Shown: one piece after another, positions 11,645-23,775 of the stretch
How positions within the stretch are numbered: position 1 is the first letter of the stretch
Layout: every line of letters starts with the position of its first letter
Assembly (NCBI GenBank): GCA_030390025.1
Contig: CM059432.1
Coordinates: 60,514,001-60,578,000 of the forward strand
DNA length: 64,000 nt
Origin: Squalus acanthias
Lineage: Eukaryota
Reading direction: 5' to 3'
Made by a program: the position numbers and the translations under genes
The notes under the pieces: generated by a model
Told to the model about the DNA's origin: nothing
Database searches by the model: none
What the model saw: only the letters and a program-made list of their open reading frames with translations

Positions 11645-14600
11645 TTTTTTTATTCGTTTATGGGATCTGGGCATCGCTGGCAAGACCAGCATTTATTGCC
11701 CATCCTAATTGCCCTCGAGAAGGTAGTGGTGAGCCGCCTTCTTGAACCGCTGCAGTCCGTGTGGTGAAGGTACTCCCACAGTGCTGGTAGGGAGGGAGTT
11801 CCAGGATTTTGACCCAGCGACGATGAAGGATCGGCGATATACTTCTAAGTCAGGATGGTGTGTGACTTGGAGGGGAACTTGGAGGTGGTGGTGTTCCATG
11901 CGCCTGCTGCCCTTGTCCTTCTAGGTGGAAGAGGTTGTGGGTTTGGGAGGTGCTGCCGAAGAAGCCTTGGCGAGTTTCTGCAGTGCATCTTGTAGATGGT
12001 ACACACTGTAGCCACGGTACGCCGGCGGTGGAGGGAGTGAATGTTTAAGGTGGTGGATGGGGTGCCAATCAAGCGGGCTGCTTTGTCCCGGATGGTGTCG
12101 AGCTTCTTGAGTTTGTTGGAGCTGCACTCATCCAGGCAAGTGGAGAGTATTCCATCACACTCCTTACTTGTGCCTTCTGGATGGTGGAAAGGCTTTGGGA
12201 AGTCAGGAGGTGAGACACTCGCCGCAGAATACCTAGCCTCTGACCTGCTCTTGTTGCCACAGTATTTATGTGCCTGGTCCAGTTAAGTTTCTGGTCAATG
12301 GTGACCCCCAGGATGTTGATAATGGGGGATACAGCGATGGTAATGCCATTGAATGTCATGGGGAGGTGGTTAGACTCTCGCTTGTTGGAGATAGTCATTG
12401 CCAGGCACTTCTGTGGCACGAATGTTACCTACCACTTATCAGCCCAAGCCTGAACGTCGTCCAGGTCTTGTTGCATGCGGGCATGGACTGCTTCATTATC
12501 TGTGGAATTGTGAATGGCGCTGAACACTGTGCAGTCATCAGCGAACATCCCCATGTTGGAGGGAAGGTCATTGATGAAGCAGCTGAAGATGGTTGGGCCT
12601 AGGACACTGCCCTGAGGAACTCCTGCAGCGATGTCCTGGGGCTGTGATGATTGACCTTCAACCACCACAACCATCATCCTTTGTGCTAGGTATGACTCCA
12701 GCCAGTGGAGCGTTTCCCCCTGATTCCCATTGACTTCAGTTTTACGAGGGCTCCTTGATGCCAGACTCGGTCAAATGCAGCCTTGATGTCAAGGGCAGTC
12801 ACTCTCACCTCACCTCTGGAATTCAGCTCCTTTGTCCATGTTTGAACCAAGGCTGTAATGAGGTCTGGAGCCGAGTGGTCTTGGTGGAACCCAAACTGGG
12901 CATCAGTGAGCAGGTTATTGGTGAGTAAGTGCCGCTTGATAGCACTGTCAATGACACCTTCCATCCCTTTGCTGATGATTGAGAGTAGACTGATGGGGCG
13001 GTAATTGGCCGGGTTGGATTTGTCCTGCTTTTTGTGGACAGGACATACCTGGGCAGTTTTCCACATTGTCGGATAGATGCCAGTGTTGTAATGTACTGGA
13101 ACAGCTTGGCTAGAGGCGTGGCTAGTTCTGGAGCACAAGTCTTCAGCACGATAGCCGGGATGTTGTCGGGGCCCATAGCCTTTGCTGTATCCAGTGCGCT
13201 CAGCCGTTTCTTGATATCACGTGGAGTGAATCGAATTGGCTGAAGACTGGCTTCTGTGATGGCGGGGACCTCGGGAGTAGGCCGATATGGATCATCCACT
13301 CGGCACTTCTGGCTGAAGTTGGTTGCAAATGCTTCAGCCTTGTCTTTTGCACTCATGTACTGGGCTCCACCATCATTGAGGATGGGGGTATTCTTGGAGC
13401 CTCCTCCTCCCGTTAGTTGTTTAATGGTCCACCACCATTCACGACTGGATGTGGCAGGACTGCAGAGCTTTGATCTGATCCGTTGATTCTGGGATCGCTT
13501 AGCCCTGTCTTTAGCATGCTGCTGCCGCTTTTTAGCATGCATGTAGTCCTGTGTTGCAGCTTCCCCAGGTTGGCACCTCATTTTTAGGTATGCCTGGTGC
13601 TGCTCTTGGCATGCTCTTCTACACTCGTTGTTGAACCAGGGTTGGTCCCCTGGCTTGGTGGTAATGGTAGAGTGAGGGATATGCCGGGCCATGAGGTTAC
13701 AGATTGTGGTGGAATACAATTCTGCTGCTGCTGATGTCCCACAGCGCCTCATGGATGCCCAGCTTTGAGCTGCTAGATCTATTCTGAATCTATCCCATTT
13801 AGCACGGTGGTAGTGCCACACAATACGATGGAGGGTGTTCTCAGTGTGAAGACGGGACTTTGTCTCCACAAGGACTGTGCGGTAGTCACTGCTGCCAATG
13901 CTGTCATGGACAGATGCATCTGCGACAGGGAGATTGGTGAGGACGAGGTCAAGTAGGTTTTTCCCTCGTGTTGGTTCATTCACCACCTGTCGCAGGCCCA
14001 GACTGGCAGTTATGTCCTTCAGGACTCGGCCAGCTCGGTCAGTAGTGGTGCTACCGAGCCACTCTTGGTGATGGACATTGAAGTCCCTCACCCAGAGTAC
14101 ATTCTGTGCCCCTGCCACTCTCAGTGCTTCTTCCAAGTTGTGTTCAACATTGAGGAGTACTGATTCATCAGCTGAGGGAGGTAATCAGCAGGAGGTTTCC
14201 TTGCCCATGCTTGACCTGAAGCCATGAGACTTCATGGGGTCCGGAGTCAATGTTGAGGACTCCCAGGGCCACTCCTTCCCGACTTTATACCACTGTGCCA
14301 CCACCCCTGGTGGGTCTGTCCTGCCGGTGGGACTGGACAAACCCAGGGATGATGATGGAGGAGTTTGGGACATTGGCTGAAAGGTATGATTCGGTGAGTA
14401 AGACTATGTCAGGCTGGTGCTTGACTAGTCTATGGGACAGCTCTCCCAATTTTGGCACAAGTCCCCAGATGTTGGTGAGGAGGATTTTGCAGGGTTGACT
14501 GAGCTGGGCTGTTGCTGTGTCTGTAGCCGGTGCCGAGGTTGATGCCGGGTCGTCGTCCGGTTTCATTCTTATTATTTTGTTTCGTAGCGGTTAGTTACAA

Positions 14601-14925
14601 CTGAGTGATTTGCTAGGCCATTTCAGAGGGCAGTTAAGAGTCAACCACATTGCTGTGGGTCTGGAGTCACATATAAGCCAGACCAGGTAAGGACGGCAGA
14701 TTTCCTTCCCTAAAGGACATTAGTGAACCAGATGGGTTTTTACGACAAGCCGATAGTTTCATGATTTCCATTACTGATACTAGCTTTTTATTCCAGATTT
14801 ATTTAATTAACTGAATTTAAATTCCCCAGCTACCATGGTGGGATTTGAACTCACGTCTCTGGATCATTAGTCCAGGCCTCTGGATTACTAGCCCAGTGAC
14901 ATTACCACTACGCTACCGTTCCCGT
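11645..14925 (-). mobile_element. Single-ORF non-LTR retrotransposon (CR1/L2-group RT, exact clade uncertain) with tRNA-derived 5' head and A-tail
   Basis: A broken ORF from ATG 14566 to ~11705 carries APE motifs (TNIWGL, LTESYL, RGGG, DFNVHH, LLDLVLTN) and RT motifs ([32 protein letters not shown]). No ORF1. AATAAA plus A-tail at the 3' end. Confidence 0.9.
14835..14925 (-). promoter_or_regulatory. tRNA-Gln-like head with Pol III A box (14915-14905) and B box (14852-14841)
   Basis: Sense sequence GGGAACGG-TAGCGTAGTGG-TAATGTCA-CTGGGCTAGTAATCCAG-AGGC-CTGGACTAATGATCCAG-AGACGT-GAGTTCAAATCC-CACCATGG. Confidence 0.75.
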
Positions 14926-16503
14926 GAATTTAATATAACTATAAATAATTGTTGAAGAAAGACGTTAACTAATTAAATAAATAAAATAAGGCTAGTCTAG
15001 GGTATGGCAGGGCAGGTTGTGTGTCTGGACTGCAGTATGTGGGAGTTTGTGGATGGCGAGACTGTCCCGAGCAAACATGTCTGCAGGAGATGTCTCCATC
15101 TCGAATCTCTCCGGTTCAGAGTCATTGAGCTGGACTGCGAGTTGGAGACACTCCGACACACAAGGGAGAGGGAGGAATTTCTGGACAGTTTTATCCAGAA
15201 TACAGTCACACCCCAGAGTAAAGCACAGGTTAGGTTCAGGAATGGGAGGGTGTGACTGTTAGGGAGCCGGGTAGCGGGGATTTACGAGAGGTTGAGAAGG
15301 AGATCTCGCAGACACTGGTCCTGTCCAACAGGTACGATGTACTCGCTACCTGTGAGGACAAAGAGAAAGACTGCAGGGAGGACAGCCACAATGCAGACCA
15401 AGGCACCGTGGCTCAGAAGGCTGTCGAAGCGGGGGGAAAGAGCAGAATAGAAATGTGGTAGTAATAGGGGACTCTATAATTAGGGGGATAGATAGTGTCC
15501 TCTGATGCCAAGAACGAGAATCTCGAAGGGTGTGTTGCCTACCCGGTGCCAGGGTAAGGGATAGCTCACGGCGGCTGGAGAGGAACTTGGAAAGGAGTGG
15601 GTAAATCCAGTTGTCGTAGTCCATATTGGAACAAACAACATAGGTAGGAACAGGGAGGAGGTCCAGCTGAAAGAGTTTCAGGAGTTAGGCTCTAAATTAA
15701 AAAGCAGGACCTCAAGGGTAATAATCTCTGGATTATTGCCTGAGCCACGTGCAAATTGGAATAGAAGCAGACAGATCAGGAGAATTAACACGTGGCTAAA
15801 GGGCTGGTGTGGGAAAGAGGGGTTCCTTTCCATGGGACACTGGCACTGGGACAGGAAGGAGCTGTACCAATGGGACGGGCTCCACCTGAACCAGGATGGG
15901 ACCCATGTCCTAGCGGAAGGGTAAATAGGGAGGTGGCAAAGCTCTTTAAACTAGTAAGAAGGGGGGAGGGATCTACAAAAAACGTAAGTACCCTAAATAT
16001 AAAAAAAAACAGGACAAGTGAGCATAGGAAAGAATAAAGTAAGGGAGCACATTGATGGCAAGGGAGCAAATAGAGTTATAGAACAGGAGTCTAAAAAGGT
16101 AGTTAAACATAAAGTGAGAGGAAATCCTATTACAAATGAGTTAAACTGTCTGTACAGCAATGCACACAGTGTCCGTATTAAAACAGGGGAGCTGGAGGCA
16201 ATCGTGCATTGGGAGGAACCAGATATAGTAGGGATTACTGAGACATGGCTACAGAAAAATCAGGACTGTACTTATTAGGGATAACATAATGGCAGTAGAA
16301 AAAAGGGACGTAGATATCAGCAAGATGAAAATTGAATCCATATGGATAGAGATAAAAGGTAATAGAGGATCAGTCACACTAATAGGCGTAGTCTACGGAC
16401 CACCTAATAGTGGAAGAGAGGTGGAGGAAGAAATATACAGACAAATTAAAGAAATGAGTAAAAAACAGAATAATAATCATGGGGGATTTCAACTACCCCA
16501 ATA

Positions 16504-16993
16504 CAGGAAACTCTTTGGTATCCGGCACCGACGGGACCGGCGTGGTGCCGGTTGATCGAAAGTTCCAGATAACGGAGAGTTATATCTACCGAGGCTATTT
16601 TTAACATAAAAAGATCAAGAAATGTGCAGTATACAGTATTTGGCTACTCACCTACAGAATGTTGTGTTAAATGGATGGTGGAAGATGCTTGATTAAGTAC
16701 AGTACTGCCAGTTGAGGGTAATCCATAACTCTTTAATTACTTAACAGTAAGTGAGACTCCCGGCAGCGCGGGAGAATCAGACTCCTGTTACTGCAGTGTT
16801 CGGACTTCTGACAGCGCCAGGAGGCCGAGTAGTGGCACTTTGGAGAACTACTCCCACTGACTAACTCGGCGTTCGCGGGAGACTCGGACTCGGACACATT
16901 GCCAGTTATTTGAGAGGAGTTTTCGGAGTATGATTTTTGCCGGTTAAGAGAGAATTCCGGATATTTAGGTGCCGGTTAAACAAGAGTTTCCTG
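16504..16993. mobile_element. Tc1/mariner (Tigger/pogo-like) MITE, 490 bp
   Basis: 26-bp imperfect TIR CAGGAAACTCTT-N6-CCGGCACC at both ends. TA TSD at 16502-16503 and 16994-16995. It splits the CR1 endonuclease motif GDFNYPN|INW. Confidence 0.88.
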
Positions 16994-19479
16994 TATTAAT
17001 TGGACAGAAGAGGCAGGTAAAAGGGATAAGGGAATGGAGTTCCTACAATGTCTACAGGACTCCTTTCTAACCCGATATGTAAAAAGCCCAACAAAGGAGG
17101 ATTCGATATTGGATCTAGTTATGGGGAATGAGCCAGAGCAGATAAAAGAAGTAAAAGTAGGGGAACATCTAGGCAATAGTGACCATAACATAATACGCTT
17201 TAAGATGATAATAGGGAAGGACATAAGTATGACAAAAGCCAGGTTAATAGATTGGAGAAAAGCTGATTTTGAGGGGCTAAGAATAGAACTTGGGAAGATA
17301 AAATGGGCAACAATATTAGCAAACAACGATGTAGAACGACAATGGGAAATATTTAAAAAGGTGTTCAACAGAGTGCAGGAAAAATATATTCCGCTAAAAG
17401 GAAAGAACAAACTAAACACTAATGAGATTCCATGGATGAATAAAGACAAAAGGGAACAATTGAGGGTAAGGAACGAGGCATACATTAAGTACATAGACAG
17501 CAGAGGAGTGCATGATAAGACAGAATACAAAGGGATTAGGAGAGAAGTCAAAAAAGCAATTTGGAAGGCAAAGAGGAACTATGAAATTAAATTATCAAGG
17601 AACATAAAACAAAATAGTAAAATATTTTACAGGCACATCAATAAAAAAGGAAGGTTGGGATGGGAATAGGGCCATTAAGGGATAGACAGGACAATACCAC
17701 AGGTAACTATAGGGAGATGGCAGAAATATTAAATCATTATTTTGCTTCGGTATTTACCAGGGAGATATAACAGGTGGACATGACATTGGATGATAAAATG
17801 AGTAATGAGATAAGTGCATTTAAAATAAAAAAGGGGATATATTAAATAAACTAATCAAACTCAAAGAGGATAAAACTCCTGGTCCTGATGGATTGCATCC
17901 ATGTATTTTAAAAGAATCTAGGGAAGAGATAGTAGAGGTATTACTACACATATTTAATAAAAGATGTGGTGCCAGAGGACTGGCGGACAGCTAACGTAAT
18001 ACCTATATTTAAGAAGGGGGATAGAACATGTCCAGGAAATTATAGACCAGTCAGCTTAACATCGGTGGTAGGAAAAATAATGGAATCCCAACTGAAGGAG
18101 AGAATAGAAGAACATCTAGAAATGAAAAGTATAATAATGAAGTCAGCATATATTTCAAAAGGGGAAATCTTGTTTGACCAACCTCATTGAATTTTTTGAA
18201 GAAGTAACAGAGAGAGTTGACAATGGTAATGCAGTAGATGTAATTTATCTAGATTTTCAAAAGGCCTTCGATAAGGTACACCATAATAAACTAATGAATA
18301 AGGTCAGAGAATGCGGAGTCAGGGGACAAGTAGCAGAATGGATAGCTAGCTGGCTTCAAGACAGAAAGCAGAGAGTGGGAGTAAAGGGTAGTTATTCACA
18401 ATGGCAGAAGGTGGGTAGTGGTGTTCCACAAGGATCAGTGCTGGGACCACTGCTATTCATAATTTACATTAACAATTTAGACTTTGGAATCAAAAACAAA
18501 ATTTCTAAATTTGCAGATGATACCATATTGGGGGGGGGGATAGTCATTACTGAGGAGGACATTAATAAACTTGCAGAATGGGCAAATAATTGGCAAATGA
18601 AGTTCAACACAGATAAATGTGAGATATTACATTTTGGTAGGAAGAATAGGGAGGTCACTTATCACTTGGAGGGTGCGAGTGTAGGTGGGGTAGAGGAACA
18701 AAGGGATCACGGAGTACAAATACACAAATCACTAAAAGTTGCGCCACAGGTTAGCAAGGCCATAAAAAAAGCAAACCAAGCACTAGGGTTTATTTCTAGA
18801 GGGATAGAATTGTAAAGTAGGGAAGTTATGCTAAACCTGTATCGAACCTTGGTTAGACCTCACTTGGACTACTGCGTACACTTCAGGTCGCCATATTATA
18901 AGAAGGATATAGAGGCACTGGAGAGGGTGCAGAGAAGATTTACAAGGATGATACCAGAAATGCAAGGGTATATATATCAGGAAAGGATGACAAGGCTGGG
19001 TCTCTTTTCTCTTGAAAAAAGAAGGCTGAGGGGTGACCTAATCGAGGTCTTTAAAGTTATGAAAGGTTTTGATAGAGTGGATACAGGGAGAATGCTTCCC
19101 CTTGTGGGGAAGAGCATAACTAGAGGCCATCAATATAAGGTAGTCACCAAGAAATCCATTAGGGAATTCAGAAGAAACTTCTTTACCCAAAGACTGGTGA
19201 GAATGTGGAACTCGCTACCAAAGGGAGTGGTTGAAGCGAATAGTATAGATGCATTTAAGGGGAGGCTGGACAAGCATATGAGGGAGAAGGGAATCGAGGG
19301 TTACGCTGATAGATTTAGATGAAGAAAGATGAGAGGAGGCTCGAGTGGTGCATAAATGCCGGCATTGACTGATTGGGCCGAATGGCCTGTTTCGGTGCCG
19401 TATATCCTATGTAATCCTATGTAACTGAAATTAAGTATCTTCTCCAAACTTTAGATTTTTTTTCTTCACTCCACTCCAC

Positions 19480-19830
19480 TTGTGAAGGCACTCACCTAAT
19501 GCTGTGGTATGGTTCCAAAGCACTTGCTGTATACCAGTACCTTCCCAAGTGGCTATTCTTCATGTACGAGATGAGACAGTAAGGAACAATATCAGAATCC
19601 TGTCCTCACCTGACATCCATACACACACATTTCCCAGTATAGGCTAATGACTAACGATTAGTATGGAAACTGGTTGATTTTACCCTCAGCTCAGGGGAAC
19701 TGAGATCAATTGTAGTACCCTTACTGTCACCCCAGGTGAGTTCAGCAAATTCAGCACAGGCCAGGAATCAAAACCGTAAGTTTTTGATCTGTATGATTCA
19801 GTTATACACCTTTACTAACTAAATCCTTAG
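19480..19830 (-). mobile_element. Old degenerate tRNA-type SINE (tentative)
   Basis: Degenerate head-like sequence at 19740-19830. A related segment (CTGTGCTGAGTTAG..GATCTCACC) occurs at ~24015-24045. Confidence 0.4.
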
Positions 19831-20027
19831 AGACACTTCTATTAAACAAAAAAATTGAAAATAAATCACATATTCTGCCTCAGTCCTTGAAATACAGACA
19901 AATTAAATCTGTTCAAAGTATTTCAGTATTATCAGTCAAAGCAGCTGTGAACCATAATCTAGTTGTATTTATTTGCCATATACTATATATTATATTGATT
20001 TGAATGCAAAACTGAATTACAAAAACA

Positions 20028-22490
20028 ATAGGGCAGTAATAGAAGGGGATTTAATCTACCCTAATATTAACTGGGATAGAATCAGTGTAAAGGTATAGAG
20101 GGAGCAGATTCTTAAAATGCATTCAAGAGAAGTTATTTAGCCAATACGTAGCAAGCCCAACAAGACAGGGGACAGTTCTGGACTTAGTTTTAGGGAATGA
20201 AGCTGGGCAGGTGGAAAGGGTATCAGTGGGAGAGCATTTTGGTGGTTGTGATCATAATTCAGTTCAAGTTAGCATAGTTCTGGAAAAGGACAAAGATAGA
20301 CAAGGAGTCAAAGTTTTCAATTGGGGAAATGCCAATTTTACTAAGCAGAGATGTGATTTAGCAAAAGTGGACTAGAAACAGCTACTTGAAGGTAAATCAG
20401 TGTCAGAGCAGCGGGAGGCATTCAAGGAGGAAATAGTGAGGGTTCAGAGCAAATATGTTCCCACAAAGAAAAAGGGTGGGACTCCCAAATCTAGAGCCCC
20501 CTAGATGTCAAGGAGCATACAGGGTAGGATAAGGAAAAAAAGGGAAGCTTTTGTCAGATACCGAGAGCTCAATACTACAGAAAGCCTAGAGAAGTATAGA
20601 AAGTGCAGGGGTGAAATTAAAAAGGAAATTAGGAAAGCAAAGAGAGGGCATGAAAAATACTGGCAAATAAAATCAAGGAAAACCCAAAGATGTTTTATAA
20701 ATACATAATGAGCAAGAGGATAATTAAGGAAAGAGTAGGGCCTATTAGAGATCAAAAAGGTAACCTATGTGTGGAGGCGGAAGACGTGAGTATGGTTCTT
20801 AATGAATACTTTGCGTCTGTCTTCACAGAAGAGAGGGTCGATACAGACATTGTAGTTAAGGAGGAGGATTGTGAAATATTGGATGAGATAAACATAGTGA
20901 GAGAGGAAATATCTTAGCATCTTTGAAAGTAGCTAAATCTCCAGGCCCGGATGAAATGTATCCCAGGCTGTTAAGAGAAGCAAGGGAGGAAATAGCGGAG
21001 GCTCTGACCTTCATTTTCCAATCCTCTCTGGCTACAGGTGTGGTGCCAAAGGACTGGAGGAATGCTAACATTGTACCGTTGTTTAAAAAGGGAGAAAGGG
21101 ATAGACCGAGTAATTACAGCCCAGTCAGCCTAACCATGGTGGTGGGCAAATTATTGGAAAACATTTTTGATGGAAAGTATTAATCGTCATTTATAAAGGC
21201 ACGGATAAATCAAGGACAGTCAGCATGGATTTAAGGGAAGGTCCTGTCAGACAAACTTGGTTGAATTTTTTGAGGAGGTAACAAGGATGGTTGATGAGGG
21301 TAGCATGTTTGATGTAGTTTACATGGATTTTAGCAAGGCTTTTGACAAGGTCCTACATGGCAAATTGGTCAAAAAAGTAAAAGCCCATGGGATCTAGGGG
21401 AAAGTAGCAAGTTGGATCCAAAATTGGCTCAGTGACAAGAAGCAACGACTAATGGCCGACTGGAAGGTTGTTTCCAGTTGTAATCCGCAGGGCTCAGTAC
21501 TGGGTCCCTTGCTTTTTGTGGTATATATCAATGATTTAGACTTCAATGTAGGGGCATGATTAAGACGTTTGCAGATGATACAAAAAGTGGCCGTGTGGTT
21601 GATAGTGAGGAAGAAAGCTGTAGACTGCAGGAAGATATCAATGGACTGGTCAGGTGGGCAGAAAAGTGGCAAATGGAATTCAATCCAGAGAAGTGTGGGG
21701 TAATGCATTTGGGGAGGGCTAACAAGGCAAGGGAATACACAATAAATGGTAGGATACTGAGTAGTGTAGAAGAACAGAGGGACCTTGGAGTGCATGTCCA
21801 CAGATCCCTGAAGGTAGTAGGACAGGTAGATAAGGTGGTTAAGAAGGCATACGGGATACTTTCCTTTATTAGCCAAGGCATGGAATACAAGAGCAGAGAG
21901 GTTATGCTAGAACTGCATAAAACACTAGTTAGGCCACAGCTAGAGTACTGCGTACAGTTCTGGTCACCACATTACAGGAAAGATGTGATTGCACTAAAGC
22001 GGATTCAGAGGAGATTTGCGAGGATGTTGCCAGGACTGAAGAATTTTAGCTTTGAGGAAAGATTGGATAGGCTGGGGTTGTTTTCTTTGGAACAAAGGAG
22101 GCGGAGGGGAGACTTAATTGAGGTGTACAAAATTATGAGGGGCCTAGATGGAGTGGATAGGACGGACCTATTTCCCTTAACAGCGAGATCAATAACCAGG
22201 GGGCATAGATTTAAAGTAATTGGTAGAAAGATTAGAGGGGAGTTGAGAGAATTTTTTTCAGCCAGAGGGCGGTGGGGGTTGCGAACTCACTGCCTGAAAG
22301 GGTGATAGAGGCAGAAACCGCCATCGCATTTACAAAGTGCTTGGATGTGCACTTGAAGTGCTGTGGCCTGCAAGGTTACGGTGCAAGAGCTGGAAACTGG
22401 GATTAGGTTGGATAGCTCTTTTTTGGCCGGCACCAACTCGATGGGCCAAATGGCCTCCTTCTGTACCATAAACCTCTATGATTCTTTGAT
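20028..22490 (+). mobile_element. 5'-truncated CR1 LINE (ORF2)
   Basis: KSPGPDEMYPRLL, FADDTK, RPQLEYCVQFWSPHY. Ends in CTCTATGATTCTTTGAT. Confidence 0.92.
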
Positions 22491-22494
22491 AAAG

Positions 22495-23505
22495 TGTATT
22501 TTAAGTGATTCCTGTTTCTCATCTACATGCTGCCCCTCGGCGAAATCATCTGAAAACACAGTGTCAGTTTCCACGGGTATGCTGACGACACCCAGCTCTA
22601 CCTCACTATCGCCTCTCTCAACCCCTCCACTGTTTCTAAATTACTTGTCCGACATCCAGTTCTGGATGAGCAGAAATTTCCTCCAACTAAATATTGGGAA
22701 GTCCAAAGCCATTGTCTTCAGTCCCCACCACAAACTCCGTTCCCTAGCCATCGACTCCATCCCTCTCTCTGGCAACTGTCTGAGGCTGAACCGTGATGTC
22801 GTGTTTGACCCCGAGATGAGCTTCCGACCACATATCCGCGCCATCACTAATACCGCCTATTTCAACCTCCATAACATCGCCCGATTCCGCTCCTGCCTCA
22901 GCTCATCTCCTGCTGAAACCCTCCACCATGCCTTTGTTACCTTTAGACTTGACTATTGCAATGCACACCTAACCGGCCTCCCATCTTTCACCCTCCGTAA
23001 ACTTGAGGTCATCCAAAGCTCTGCTGTCCGTGTCCTAACTCACACCAAGTCCGTTCACCCATCACCCCTGTGCTCGCTGACCTACATTGGCTCCCGCTCC
23101 AGCAATGCCTCAATTTTAAAATTCTCATCCTTGTGTTCAAATCCCTCCATGTCCTCGCCCATCCCTATCTCTGTAACCTCCTCCAGCCCTACAACCCTCC
23201 GAGATGTCTGCGCTCTTCCAATTCTGGCCTCTTGAGCATCCCCGATTTTAATCGCTCCACCATTGGCAGCCGTGCCTTCAGCTGCCAAAGCCTTCTGCTC
23301 TGGAATTCCCTCCCTAAACCTCTCCGCCTTTCTAACTCTCTTTCCTCCTTTAAGACGCTCCTTAAAACCTACTTCTTTTACCAATCTGCCCTAATATCTC
23401 CTTATGTGGCTCAGTGTCAAATTTTGGTTGATATTGCTCCTGTGAAGCACCTTGGGATGTTTTACTATGTTAAAGGTGCTATATAAATACAAGTTGTTGT
23501 TGTTA
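22495..23505 (+). mobile_element. L2 LINE 3' part
   Basis: YADDTQLY, LSDIQFWMSRNFLQLNIGKS, RLDYCNA, LADLHWLP, LWNSLP. Tail GCTATATAAATACAAGTTGTTGTTG. Confidence 0.9.
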
Positions 23506-23701
23506 TACATTTTAAAATATGTCTCTCCTTCAGCACAATGGAAGTTTTAAGATTCAGAAATTTTAAAAATACAACTTCCAACTTGTCCTTGGGATTGGGA
23601 GAAAAAATTTAAATTGGAATGAAACATTCCTTCTTAAGGTATTTCAAGAAAAAAACCTTGCTTCTAAAACAGCAAAATATTCACTTGTCTAACCTTCTCA
23701 C

Positions 23702-23775
23702 CTTTGAGCATTCCCATTCAGCTTTTCTGAAGATTGACTTCTTTCTTGGGTTTCCGACTGTACAGATGCTGTAAA
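23702..23775 (-). CDS. CCDC178: CCDC178 coding exon 4 (FTASVQSETQERSQSSEKLNGNAQ)
   Basis: AG acceptor, GTGAGA donor, 74 nt, phase 0 to 2. Corresponds in position to the recalled human FETSFEEWSR segment. Confidence 0.72.

Larger units (their letters stand above)
11405..19422 (+). mobile_element. Full-length CR1 LINE (ORF1 ~15004-15955, ORF2 ~16130-19322), interrupted by two insertions
   Basis: MAGQVVCLDCSMW zinc finger, esterase motifs, EN and RT motifs ([19 protein letters not shown]), and 3' repeat ATCCTATGTAATCCTATGTAA. Confidence 0.93.

Noticed and set aside
14835..14925. Functional tRNA gene
   Set aside because: It has two anticodon-like arms, no clean acceptor stem and no downstream T-run terminator, and it is joined to a retroelement.
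22363..23235. 290-aa ORF as a novel gene
   Set aside because: Chance fusion of a CR1 3'UTR with L2 RT sequence.
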